DNA from: a virus
Taxonomy: Duplodnaviria > Caudoviricetes
Virus record (IMG/VR): IMGVR_UViG_3300008119_000566
Span: 1-61,562 of that record
Length of the DNA stretch: 61,562 nt
Reading direction: 5' to 3' (one strand)
Within the stretch, counting starts at the first letter, position 1. Each line of letters starts with the position of its first letter. The notes beneath the pieces are model-generated. The model saw nothing but the letters and a program-made list of their open reading frames with translations. It was not told the DNA's origin and did no database searches. This document shows, one piece after another, positions 1 through 8,373 of the stretch. The translations under genes were made by a program, and so were the position numbers.

Positions 1-258
1 CCCACCTTCTGGAAAAGGCCATGTTGATTGTGCAACATGTTCTTCTTCTGTCATGTCTTCGTAATATTCGTTTTCTTCTTCGGCTTGTTCAAAGTCTTCA
101 TCGTTTGCTGTTGACACAATTGATAACATGACTTTGTTGTATGCTGATAATTCATCAACTAGATCTTTTACGTGTTGTAACACTTCTAAACCGTTGTATG
201 CATCATCATCTAATTCTAAAAAAATATTTAACCCGTGTACTGTCATTTCAAGTTTCAT
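1..258 (-). CDS. Acidic hypothetical protein, runs off window start
   Basis: Read manually: ATG at 258 after AAGGAG; open frame MKLEMTVHGLNIFLELDDD... to position 1. Confidence 0.7.
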   Translation of the reverse strand, partial: MKLEMTVHGLNIFLELDDDAYNGLEVLQHVKDLVDELSAYNKVMLSIVSTANDEDFEQAEEENEYYEDMTEEEHVAQSTWPFPEGG

Positions 259-315
259 TTTGAGCTCCTTGTGGTTAGTGTGCTTGTGGCACATAACTAT
301 TTAACGGATAATCGA

Positions 316-1323
316 TTACAAAGATTTTACAGATACTAAATTATCTCTAAATATTTTCCAAGCGTTTTCCCAAGTCCAGCGATTGCTTCCTTCTAAGACT
401 TTAGCTCTGTCCAGTAGTAACGCATCATTGACTGCTTGTACTAAGTCCTCATTCATACAGCCAGTAACACCCTCGTCAACAACATCTAATGGACCTTGAC
501 ATGGATAAGCCGCTACGGGGGTTCCACAAGCCATTGCTTCAATCATAACAAGCCCAAATGTTTCCCAACGGCTTGGAAATACAAATACGTCTGCCATAGC
601 AAAGTATTTGGCTAGCTCTTGTCCACGTTTAGCACCTACAAATTTTACATCAGGATACTGTGCCTTATACTCTTCCAGCATAGGGCCATCACCTACCATG
701 AACTTAACACCCGCATAGGGCATTTCAAAGAACGCTTCTAGATTCTTTTCTTTGCTCACACGACTAACACATACTAGTATAGGTCCATTCACCACTGTGC
801 CAGTACGTTGACTTGGATTAAATATCTCACGGTCAACACCCCTAGTCCAAGGAATAATTTCTCCATCAAATCCGTGTGCTTGTAGCTCTTTAACCATTGT
901 GTCTGTAGTTGTTAATACTTTACCACTGTGCTTGTGGAACCAACGTACTAAAGGCCAAGTAATAGCCTCAGGGACACCAAATAAGGCTCTAATTCCTTCT
1001 GGAAACTTAGTATGATAAGCAGTATTGTAGCGATAACCGTGTTTGTCAAGATATTGTCTAGCACACAAACCCACAGGACCTTCTGTGGCGATGTGGATAT
1101 GATCCGGATTGATCTCCTCAAATATCTTGCCCACTTTCCAGGGAAAGGCAATCTTGACTTCGTTGTAGCCAGGGCAATCAACATAGCGGAACCTCCTGGG
1201 ATCAAGATATACAACACTATAGTTGTCCCGAATCGCACACGCTTCAATATTTTTATAGGTTGTAACCACACCATTGATCTGCTCCGGTAGATTATCTGTA
1301 ACGATTAAGATTGTTTTTTGCAT
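316..1323 (-). CDS. GT4 glycosyltransferase, Agt/MgtA-like diacylglycerol glycosyltransferase
   Basis: ILIVTD..QINGVV N-terminus, HIATEGPVG, YHTKFPE, FVFPSRWETFGLVMIEAMACGTPV GT4 motif. Confidence 0.85.
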   Translation of the reverse strand: MQKTILIVTDNLPEQINGVVTTYKNIEACAIRDNYSVVYLDPRRFRYVDCPGYNEVKIAFPWKVGKIFEEINPDHIHIATEGPVGLCARQYLDKHGYRYNTAYHTKFPEGIRALFGVPEAITWPLVRWFHKHSGKVLTTTDTMVKELQAHGFDGEIIPWTRGVDREIFNPSQRTGTVVNGPILVCVSRVSKEKNLEAFFEMPYAGVKFMVGDGPMLEEYKAQYPDVKFVGAKRGQELAKYFAMADVFVFPSRWETFGLVMIEAMACGTPVAAYPCQGPLDVVDEGVTGCMNEDLVQAVNDALLLDRAKVLEGSNRWTWENAWKIFRDNLVSVKSL

Positions 1324-1478
1324 TGTGCTATTACTTTAAATGAATCAAATTTTAACCAACTGGTCATTGTTGATCTTGCTTGTTCGCAGGCCGTCTGAGT
1401 TGGAAATTCCAGAGTCACTCGACCCGGAATGTCCTTTGGATCGTTTACGTGAACTGCTAGTATTATCAATATCCACAT
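1305..1478 (-). CDS. Small hypothetical protein (57 aa), possibly secreted
   Basis: Read manually: AAGGAG SD, MWILIILAVHVNDPKDIPGRVTLEFPTQTACEQAR...; overlaps the low-complexity tail of the phosphoesterase. Confidence 0.6.
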   Translation of the reverse strand: MWILIILAVHVNDPKDIPGRVTLEFPTQTACEQARSTMTSWLKFDSFKVIAQCKKQS

Positions 1479-2229
1479 TATCTCGCTCCTTAGTCCATGT
1501 AACTATTTCCCAACGGCCGTCCCAGTGTTCAACTAATGCTGTACAACTCTCAACCCAATCTCCATCGTTCATATATGTAACACCGTTGATCTCTTTGATT
1601 TCTGCGTGGTGTATGTGTCCACATATAACACCATCGAACCCACGCTTCTTACAGTAATTGGCCAAGTTCTCTTCAAACTTGAACACAAAGTCTACTGCTT
1701 TTTTGACTTTGTACTTAAGATACTTGCTAAGGCTAAAGTACCCAAAACCCATACGACGACGTATCCAATTAAATTTATTGTTGAGTGTAAGAACAATGTC
1801 ATATGCTTTGTCTCCCAAAAACGCTATCCATGGAGCTAGTCTAGTAATGCCATCAAATAAGTCACCGTGTACTACAAGATAGTGCTTACCATCTGCACCT
1901 ATATGTTCTATTTGATTGTGTATTTCTATTAGACCAAAATTAAAACCATACGGTATCATTGGTCTTAAAAATTCATCATGATTACCTGCTATGAATACTA
2001 CACGGGTGCCACGTTTGGCGTGACCTAGTACACGACGTACCACGTTAGTGTGACTTTGTTTCCAACGCCATTTGTTTTGTTGTATCTTCCAGGCATCAAT
2101 TATATCACCTACTAGATAGAGAGTATCGCACGAGTTGTGCTTGAGAAAATTATTGAGCTGTTCCGCCTTACAGTCTTTTGTACCTAAGTGGACGTCACTC
2201 ACAAAAATACTACGATAAGTTTTTTGCAT
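1345..2229 (-). CDS. plcP: Calcineurin-like metallophosphoesterase, PlcP/LpxH2-type phospholipase C
   Basis: SDVHLG, LVGDIID, GNHDE, HGD, CGHIH and NDGDWVE motifs; adjacent to an Agt-like GT4 gene. Confidence 0.75.
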   Translation of the reverse strand: MQKTYRSIFVSDVHLGTKDCKAEQLNNFLKHNSCDTLYLVGDIIDAWKIQQNKWRWKQSHTNVVRRVLGHAKRGTRVVFIAGNHDEFLRPMIPYGFNFGLIEIHNQIEHIGADGKHYLVVHGDLFDGITRLAPWIAFLGDKAYDIVLTLNNKFNWIRRRMGFGYFSLSKYLKYKVKKAVDFVFKFEENLANYCKKRGFDGVICGHIHHAEIKEINGVTYMNDGDWVESCTALVEHWDGRWEIVTWTKERDNVDIDNTSSSRKRSKGHSGSSDSGISNSDGLRTSKINNDQLVKI

Positions 2230-2273
2230 AGCAATATTTATCGTAGTATCGTGTTTGAAAGATTACAGTTGTG

Positions 2274-2432
2274 TTAAATCTGTACCAAAACCCATTTACG
2301 TGTAAATGACTTACCTTCGGCCTTGTGTTTCAGTATCTTAGCGAACTCTTTTTTACGAAGTTCGGAAACCGTTTCTGTATCATGGTCAACGCAAGCCCTG
2401 TACAGTTTAGCCAATAGCTTTTTCTGTTTCAT
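2274..2432 (-). CDS. Small basic hypothetical protein (52 aa)
   Basis: Read manually: GGAGG SD, MKQKKLLAKLYRACVDHD... Confidence 0.55.
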   Translation of the reverse strand: MKQKKLLAKLYRACVDHDTETVSELRKKEFAKILKHKAEGKSFTRKWVLVQI

Positions 2433-2592
2433 GGTTGTGTCCTCCTGACAAGTATTTAGCCGGAATCAACCCTGTCCAGTGCTTTCTACAAGTGATCATA
2501 TAACGTACATTATCACCTTGCTTAGAAAGCAGTTGCGCACCTTCTTTACAATTAGGCACTTGACATAGGGGCGGAATATTTGATGGAATCAT
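2407..2592 (-). CDS. Small hypothetical protein, possible Zn-binding
   Basis: CxxxxC...CxxH pattern. Confidence 0.5.
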   Translation of the reverse strand: MIPSNIPPLCQVPNCKEGAQLLSKQGDNVRYMITCRKHWTGLIPAKYLSGGHNHETEKAIG

Positions 2593-2596
2593 AATG

Positions 2597-2755
2597 TTAT
2601 TTGAGAAATTTGGACAAAATCCATACTATAGGAAGCCATCCCAGTAGAAAGATAGGTGCTAAGATCATACCTTGAATAAGTTTAGCTCGTTGTTCAGCTT
2701 CACGTTCTTTTGTTCGCTGTTGTTCATAACCCATTTGTCGTTGAGTTGAATACAT
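2597..2755 (-). CDS. Small membrane protein (52 aa)
   Basis: Read manually: MYSTQRQMG... with hydrophobic C-terminal helix; abuts the upstream gene. Confidence 0.5.
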   Translation of the reverse strand: MYSTQRQMGYEQQRTKEREAEQRAKLIQGMILAPIFLLGWLPIVWILSKFLK

Positions 2756-2756
2756 A

Positions 2757-4430
2757 TTATTGTCCTTGTGTAACTGTAATCTTAGCGCATCCGCCTACGG
2801 CAGTACAGTTATGTGTAATTGAATAATAGTTTTGATTACTACCGCTTTGTGTTAAACTTAGATCAGTGCCAGTGCCACTAAGATTAATTTTAGCCATATG
2901 ACTCGCACTGCCCTGTTGTAGTATATCTACATTTTTATTCCCACCACTTAGTGTGACTTCGGCATAATGACTACCACTGTCTTTTTGTTGCACTAGCAAA
3001 CTGTTGTTATTGTTACTAACATCGGCAAATATACCCTTACCTCCACCAGTACTAGTCTGTTGTAAATTTACACTGTTAAAATTACCCACAACTCTTAAAT
3101 CAACATAGTTTACTTGTGTATTAGCATTGCCAGTTTGGGAAATATCAACGGTATTACTTAGTCCGTTGCCGTAATACTTAACGTAGTTATTTCTAGTTCC
3201 GCTTTGATTAACTTCAACAATGTTCTGCGTGCCTATCTGTTCTATATGTACTTGACTGTCTGCGGTAGTTCTATTGATAAATGTCAAAATTTTAGCTGTG
3301 TTAGTGGTACTGGAATTAAATGACGATGCACTTCCTCCGCAACATAAAGTATTTGCAGCCGCAGTTACTGGATCGACAATAGTATTGTTTGAAGCAGTGC
3401 TTGTTGTTGTACTATTTGCATCGTAGTAATAGGTAATTTCAGCAATCTGCATACTGTCACAGTTTAATCCACAACCATCACCTGCTTTAGTTGTTGGGAA
3501 CAACATAAAGTAATATGCGTATGCAGTAGTATTATCTGTGCTAATCACTGAACTTGTATCAAATCTGTTTTCACTCAATGTGATAGCGTCTTGCTTAATC
3601 AATGTCCAAGTTGACCCGTCATTACTTCCGTATAACTTATAACTTGTAGGGTCACGGCCACTAAAGTCGTTAGCTGTTGTAACTGTAAATCCTGTTACAA
3701 TTCTACCTGCATTTAGTTGCACAGTAACACCGGCATTCTTTTTGTCAAAGTTTAGATACTTAGTGTTGGGATTATTATCAAAAGCACTGTTAGGGCCTTC
3801 ACCGCCAGGACTATTATTTGTAGTTGGAATTGCTCTAATAATATTAACTGTAGCATTATTCATGTAAATTGCTGTAGGCGCAGGTGGAGGAGGACCTGCT
3901 GGTGCCGCAGTTTGACCAGCAGCCAGAGGAGTTGTTGATCCGTTAGTAGCATACGAGTTAACCTGCGACACTGTGGGATTTACGGTACCAGTCCATGTGA
4001 CTCCACTAGTGTTAGCCAATCCTTGTGTCATACTAAACAACTGTCCAGTATCGTTGTCGTTTCCCACAAAAAAGAAATAGTCTGTTCCCATGTTGATAAT
4101 ACGACCAGTTCCCATCACTGCTTTCTGTGTGCCACTAGAACTAAATTGCACAGCATTCCAAGGGTTAGTTGAATTACCAGTGGCGGCAAATGCCACATAG
4201 TCACCAGTCGCCCATGATAATTGTCCTGTAGTCCAAGGTATCTTATATGCTGTTCCAGGATTCTTACTATAAATTTGACAAGTTGCTGTATACATACAGG
4301 CGCTGACATTCCATTGACTATCTGCTATTTGATAGCGGCCAAATTTTAAATCAACAAGACCCGTTGCTTGACTATGTGCAGATAAGCAGACTGTAATTAG
4401 AAAAGAAAATAATATTAAAAAGCGTTTCAT
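2757..4430 (-). CDS. Secreted protein with discoidin (F5/8 type C)-like domain and C-terminal curlin repeats
   Basis: Signal peptide; AFDNNPNTKY...RDPTSYKLYGSNDGSTW discoidin-like segment; repeated Q-x-G-x-x-N curlin motifs. Confidence 0.75.
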   Translation of the reverse strand: MKRFLILFSFLITVCLSAHSQATGLVDLKFGRYQIADSQWNVSACMYTATCQIYSKNPGTAYKIPWTTGQLSWATGDYVAFAATGNSTNPWNAVQFSSSGTQKAVMGTGRIINMGTDYFFFVGNDNDTGQLFSMTQGLANTSGVTWTGTVNPTVSQVNSYATNGSTTPLAAGQTAAPAGPPPPAPTAIYMNNATVNIIRAIPTTNNSPGGEGPNSAFDNNPNTKYLNFDKKNAGVTVQLNAGRIVTGFTVTTANDFSGRDPTSYKLYGSNDGSTWTLIKQDAITLSENRFDTSSVISTDNTTAYAYYFMLFPTTKAGDGCGLNCDSMQIAEITYYYDANSTTTSTASNNTIVDPVTAAANTLCCGGSASSFNSSTTNTAKILTFINRTTADSQVHIEQIGTQNIVEVNQSGTRNNYVKYYGNGLSNTVDISQTGNANTQVNYVDLRVVGNFNSVNLQQTSTGGGKGIFADVSNNNNSLLVQQKDSGSHYAEVTLSGGNKNVDILQQGSASHMAKINLSGTGTDLSLTQSGSNQNYYSITHNCTAVGGCAKITVTQGQ

Positions 4431-5524
4431 GGTCTTCTTAATACACCAGTTTTTTGTATAATGTTTACAACATTGCCACCAGGATCACCGCTACCCACTA
4501 CGGTAAATGCATACTGATCGTTGTGACTAATAGCCACAAAAGTATTTGATTCGTATCCTGTTGTCTTAACTTCGGCATAATGATCAATGTTACTTCTGTA
4601 AGCAGTTCCTTTTCCTTTACTCTGTATATCAGATGAGTCATTCTTTTCCCATGATACACACACTGCTGTACTGGCATTACAGCCAATCTTTCCAGCTGCT
4701 TCCATTATAGCAAGTACTCGAGCGGTTTCAATAGCTTCGTTTGTTTCTCTAACTTTCATGGCAATTCGACGCTGTGCTTCTACTTCAATATCTTCAAATT
4801 CTCGATCTCGTTTTGATCTTGCTTGTTGTTTTATTGCGAGCATGACTTCTTGAGGTTTGACAATGATTAGATTATTACCTATATTGCCTTCAATGGTATT
4901 GACTACTACTGGAGCAGTTGGCATCATACTATTACTGGTAACATATGTGGCTTCGAATGCTTTATCCAAAGTTACTGACCCCATGCCAGTGCTTACAATG
5001 ATACTGCCCACTTTGCAACGTTGTTCATCTAATTCAAATTGTTTGAAATCTTTTTCATCTTTACAACTAGGAACTAACATGATAAGACTTTGTCCAGTCT
5101 CGTCAACAGTCATTGTGAAATCAGTACCGCGTACTGCTACTGTGGCTGTGGGAGTTTTGATGTTTACTTGTTGGGGATTATTTTTAGCAATTTGGCCTGA
5201 TGCATAACGCACAGTTCCCATGCCTACTTTCATAGCTAACTTGCCTGCATCTGATTTTTTTGGATCAAAAACAAAATCGTCAATAAGTAATCTGCTGTTT
5301 TCTGTAACTTTGACTTTGGTATCGTCTTTAAATGTTATATTGCTTACACAAGCACCAGTAGTATAAGTGTCCATGCTTTCAATCTCTGCACCCTTAACCC
5401 CTGAAAGTTTTTTCTTATTTCGTTCAACTTCGCAGGCCGTGCCTTTATTTTCTGAAACCGTGCCAATACCAGCCCAAGACGGGCTGGCCACTGTTAGCAG
5501 TAGGGCTAACAATATGACACGCAT
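4427..5524 (-). CDS. Secreted FecR-domain protein
   Basis: Signal peptide; F.DDT.V...ENS.L.I and TPTATVAVRGTDF FecR signatures. Confidence 0.8.
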   Translation of the reverse strand: MRVILLALLLTVASPSWAGIGTVSENKGTACEVERNKKKLSGVKGAEIESMDTYTTGACVSNITFKDDTKVKVTENSRLLIDDFVFDPKKSDAGKLAMKVGMGTVRYASGQIAKNNPQQVNIKTPTATVAVRGTDFTMTVDETGQSLIMLVPSCKDEKDFKQFELDEQRCKVGSIIVSTGMGSVTLDKAFEATYVTSNSMMPTAPVVVNTIEGNIGNNLIIVKPQEVMLAIKQQARSKRDREFEDIEVEAQRRIAMKVRETNEAIETARVLAIMEAAGKIGCNASTAVCVSWEKNDSSDIQSKGKGTAYRSNIDHYAEVKTTGYESNTFVAISHNDQYAFTVVGSGDPGGNVVNIIQKTGVLRRP

Positions 5525-5526
5525 AA

Positions 5527-6342
5527 TTACCTCGCAATCGCTGTAGCTGGAGATACAATATTCGAACTACTTGTGCGAACTGTGATAGTGTTGTTGCTAC
5601 CCTGTGTTTGTATATTAACGGTAGTATCGTTAGTACCTTGTTGCTGTGTAGTGATGCTGTTGTAGTCGCCTGTGGTCATCATAGCAAGTACGTGGCCGTT
5701 AGCACCAGCTGCATCCATTTGCTGAATGTTGAACACGTTAGCATTGCCATTAACTACATTAGATACACTACCTCTACTACTGAGCAAACTACTAGTAACT
5801 TGATTATTATCACCATCTAATACTGTATTAGTGATAATGTTGCTACCAACTAGATCTTGTATGATCATGTTGTTGTTGCCAAGAATTTGTTCTGTAATAA
5901 CGTTTTGACTATTCGTAGCATTATTAGGATTACCAATGGTCAACCTAGTTTGGTTACCATTGCCTAACATATTAGTAGTATAACTATTATTGCTACCGCG
6001 AATGTTATACTGGCTGCTGTTGGCGTTGCCAGTCTGTGTGATGTTAACAGTATTTGTACTGCCGGTAATAGTACCGTAATTTGATGCACTAGGAGCATCT
6101 GGTGTTAGCGTAGTAATACCAGTTCCTGCTACCGCTGTTGCTACTGTATTAGTAACACCACCAACGTTGTTGGTCCCGCCAACCTGCTCAATAGTGATAG
6201 TGTTGCTACTACCCACTTGTTCGATATAAACTTTGTTAGGACCTGTTGCTGTCTGAGCACCACTTATGGTGGCAAAGCTCAAAAGCGCCATAGTGAGTAA
6301 TTTTCTCGACAACCCACAACCGCCTGTCATTATTTGTTTCAT
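5527..6342 (-). CDS. Curlin-repeat protein (CsgA/CsgB-like subunit)
   Basis: Signal peptide; N/Q/G/T-rich repeats IEQVGSSN, ITQTGNAN, QQQGTND, QTQGSNN. Confidence 0.8.
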   Translation of the reverse strand: MKQIMTGGCGLSRKLLTMALLSFATISGAQTATGPNKVYIEQVGSSNTITIEQVGGTNNVGGVTNTVATAVAGTGITTLTPDAPSASNYGTITGSTNTVNITQTGNANSSQYNIRGSNNSYTTNMLGNGNQTRLTIGNPNNATNSQNVITEQILGNNNMIIQDLVGSNIITNTVLDGDNNQVTSSLLSSRGSVSNVVNGNANVFNIQQMDAAGANGHVLAMMTTGDYNSITTQQQGTNDTTVNIQTQGSNNTITVRTSSSNIVSPATAIAR

Positions 6343-6492
6343 TTTTTTCTAATGTTGGATTATTATTGTTCTCCAACAAGTTCCTTGGCCATTGACCTAT
6401 AATTATAATACTCTTCTCTGATCTACCCCTTTCACGTAGATTTAATTCTTGCTACTTTATTTACTTACGGTAAAACAAAAATTAAATGTTGC

Positions 6493-6540
6493 TGTTATTT
6501 TTCCAACATGTAAAAAAATTAACATGTTAAAAAATCAACA
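6493..6540. promoter_or_regulatory. Three abutting 16-bp TGT-N10-ACA palindromic boxes
   Basis: TGTTATTTTTCCAACA / TGTAAAAAAATTAACA / TGTTAAAAAATCAACA, upstream of TAAATA (6458-6463, minus strand). Confidence 0.5.
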
Positions 6541-6542
6541 GT

Positions 6543-7772
6543 TTAATCTATTTTTTCTAATCTATCATTCATTACCCAACCACCGCGTTTCTCACTGTCT
6601 ACTACTCTGACCCAACCTTCACTGCCAGGTTGTACAACATCTACCACTGTGCCTTTCTTAAACTGCCAAGTCTTTTGACTTTTATCATTGGGTTCTTTGT
6701 AAATGAATTCATCTTCTTTCAATTTACGTTGGCCAAACAATGCTTTAGGTTCCGCTTGCTTTTCTTCAACTTTAGTTTCAAATTTTACTTCTGGGGAGGC
6801 ACTGGGTAAGGTTTCGGTTTTGGTTTCGGGTTGGGCTTGTGGTTGAACCAAGACATCTTTCTTCTCCTCTACTTTAACTTCTTTCTTTTCCTCTACGACA
6901 GGAACAATAGGAACAATAGGAACAATAGGAACTGGGATTTCTGTTACTTGCCTTTTAAACGCCCAATGTCCTTTTCGAGCACCTTCATTAATGGTTTGTA
7001 TTACTGCTGCTTGAACTGCGACATCAACTGCTCGATTGATACTTTCGTTTATACTGCCGCCAACTTCTCCTTCAAGTGCATTTGCGCCAGCACCAAACTG
7101 TGTACCGTCATCTACGAAACGAAGTAATGTTAGTTTGTCCATATAACTTAGGACTGTTTTTGTCACTGTAACTGTGGTTAGTATTTCGCCTGTTGCTACG
7201 CTGACAGTTCTTAGTGTTACTGTAACTGTGTCTGATTGATACTGTGTGCTAGCACCAATACCAAAAATTCTCACACCTGATCCGCCTGTTAAGGTGTTGC
7301 TATCATAACCAACGATGCCGCCTTCCATAATGATTCCGGCAAACATCATTGGCGGTAATGCCTTAGCATCTTTGCCTTGATATTGTTCACGCATTTGACG
7401 AATCATTTGACGCTCTTTAATTAAGTTCTCTAAGCCTACACGTTCTAAAACTGTAAACCAACGAGCATCGCCAACATCTTGTAATGCTTTGATCAAGTAG
7501 TTTTCAGCACCTTGCGTAACTGCTGAACTTAATGACGCAATCAGTGGCTGACTTTTACGCTGTCCTGTTAGGTCTCTAAATCCATAAACCGCTACAGCTA
7601 CTGGACCGCCTTCTGGTGGCTGTAACTTGTTAGAGTCTTTCTTTAGGAACTTGCTAGACTCAACTTTTGGCTCGTCAAATTGATTACCTGTTACTTTTTC
7701 TCTTATTGCTGAACTTGATGCGCAGCCTGTTAGTACTGCTACCACTGCCAAGGATAATATTGTCTTTTTCAT
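6543..7772 (-). CDS. csgG: Curli secretion channel CsgG lipoprotein with C-terminal SH3-like extension
   Basis: Lipobox LTGC; VAVYGFRDLTGQRK, SSAVTQG, WFTVLERVGLENLIKERQMIR, EGGIVGYD. Confidence 0.9.
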   Translation of the reverse strand: MKKTILSLAVVAVLTGCASSSAIREKVTGNQFDEPKVESSKFLKKDSNKLQPPEGGPVAVAVYGFRDLTGQRKSQPLIASLSSAVTQGAENYLIKALQDVGDARWFTVLERVGLENLIKERQMIRQMREQYQGKDAKALPPMMFAGIIMEGGIVGYDSNTLTGGSGVRIFGIGASTQYQSDTVTVTLRTVSVATGEILTTVTVTKTVLSYMDKLTLLRFVDDGTQFGAGANALEGEVGGSINESINRAVDVAVQAAVIQTINEGARKGHWAFKRQVTEIPVPIVPIVPIVPVVEEKKEVKVEEKKDVLVQPQAQPETKTETLPSASPEVKFETKVEEKQAEPKALFGQRKLKEDEFIYKEPNDKSQKTWQFKKGTVVDVVQPGSEGWVRVVDSEKRGGWVMNDRLEKID

Positions 7773-7781
7773 AGTCTATCC

Positions 7782-8255
7782 TTAAAATCCAAATGTACCA
7801 CTCGGCACCTTCATTTCTGTAAATTGGCTTGGGTTTAGTGCATTCTCAATCCTAACAATGATGAAAGTTCCATCAACTTTCCAAGTAATATTATTACCCG
7901 CTACTTCCATTTGACCGCATACTCCATTAGTTAATGTACATTGTGGTGCGCCATCAGTGCCAAACAAACTATCTGTAATTTGCTTGGCTAATTGTGAATA
8001 GATACGGCTTTCTAAGTTTGCTTGAAATTTGGCTTGTGGTGTGTTTAGCTTGTCGCTTTCTTCTTTTGCTTTCATAGCATCAGCGGCTGCTTTGTTTTTA
8101 TCTTTAGCCTGAGTTTCTAACTGATAAAGTGTTAGTACGTGTGAACTATAGCCTACACCACTAAATGATGGGCTATTAAAGATATGTACTAATTCTGCAG
8201 CAGATGCGGAATTAATAGTCATAACTATTCCGATTAATGCTAATGTATTTTTCAT
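7782..8255 (-). CDS. csgF: Curli assembly protein CsgF
   Basis: Signal peptide then ELVHIFNSPSFSG (CsgF N-terminal motif); adjacent to csgG. Confidence 0.8.
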   Translation of the reverse strand: MKNTLALIGIVMTINSASAAELVHIFNSPSFSGVGYSSHVLTLYQLETQAKDKNKAAADAMKAKEESDKLNTPQAKFQANLESRIYSQLAKQITDSLFGTDGAPQCTLTNGVCGQMEVAGNNITWKVDGTFIIVRIENALNPSQFTEMKVPSGTFGF

Positions 8256-8330
8256 GGTTCGCTCCCAGGTAATACTTGCCTTAAAGTATTTAATATAGGC
8301 TATGAAAATATTAAATAGCTAGTTAACCAT

Positions 8331-8356
8331 AAAAAAAGGCTCCTAAGAGCCTTTTA
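8331..8356. terminator. Intrinsic terminator hairpin
   Basis: AAAAAAAGGCTC-CTAA-GAGCCTTTT. Confidence 0.75.
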
Positions 8357-8373
8357 GTACTTTGGTATTAATT

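Noticed and set aside
1345-2229. LpxH lipid A enzyme call
   Set aside because: Motif pattern and linkage to an Agt-like GT4 fit PlcP/LpxH2 better; not formally excluded
6899-6931. 9-bp tandem repeat AGGAACAAT
   Set aside because: Encodes a PIV linker within csgG; not a separate element
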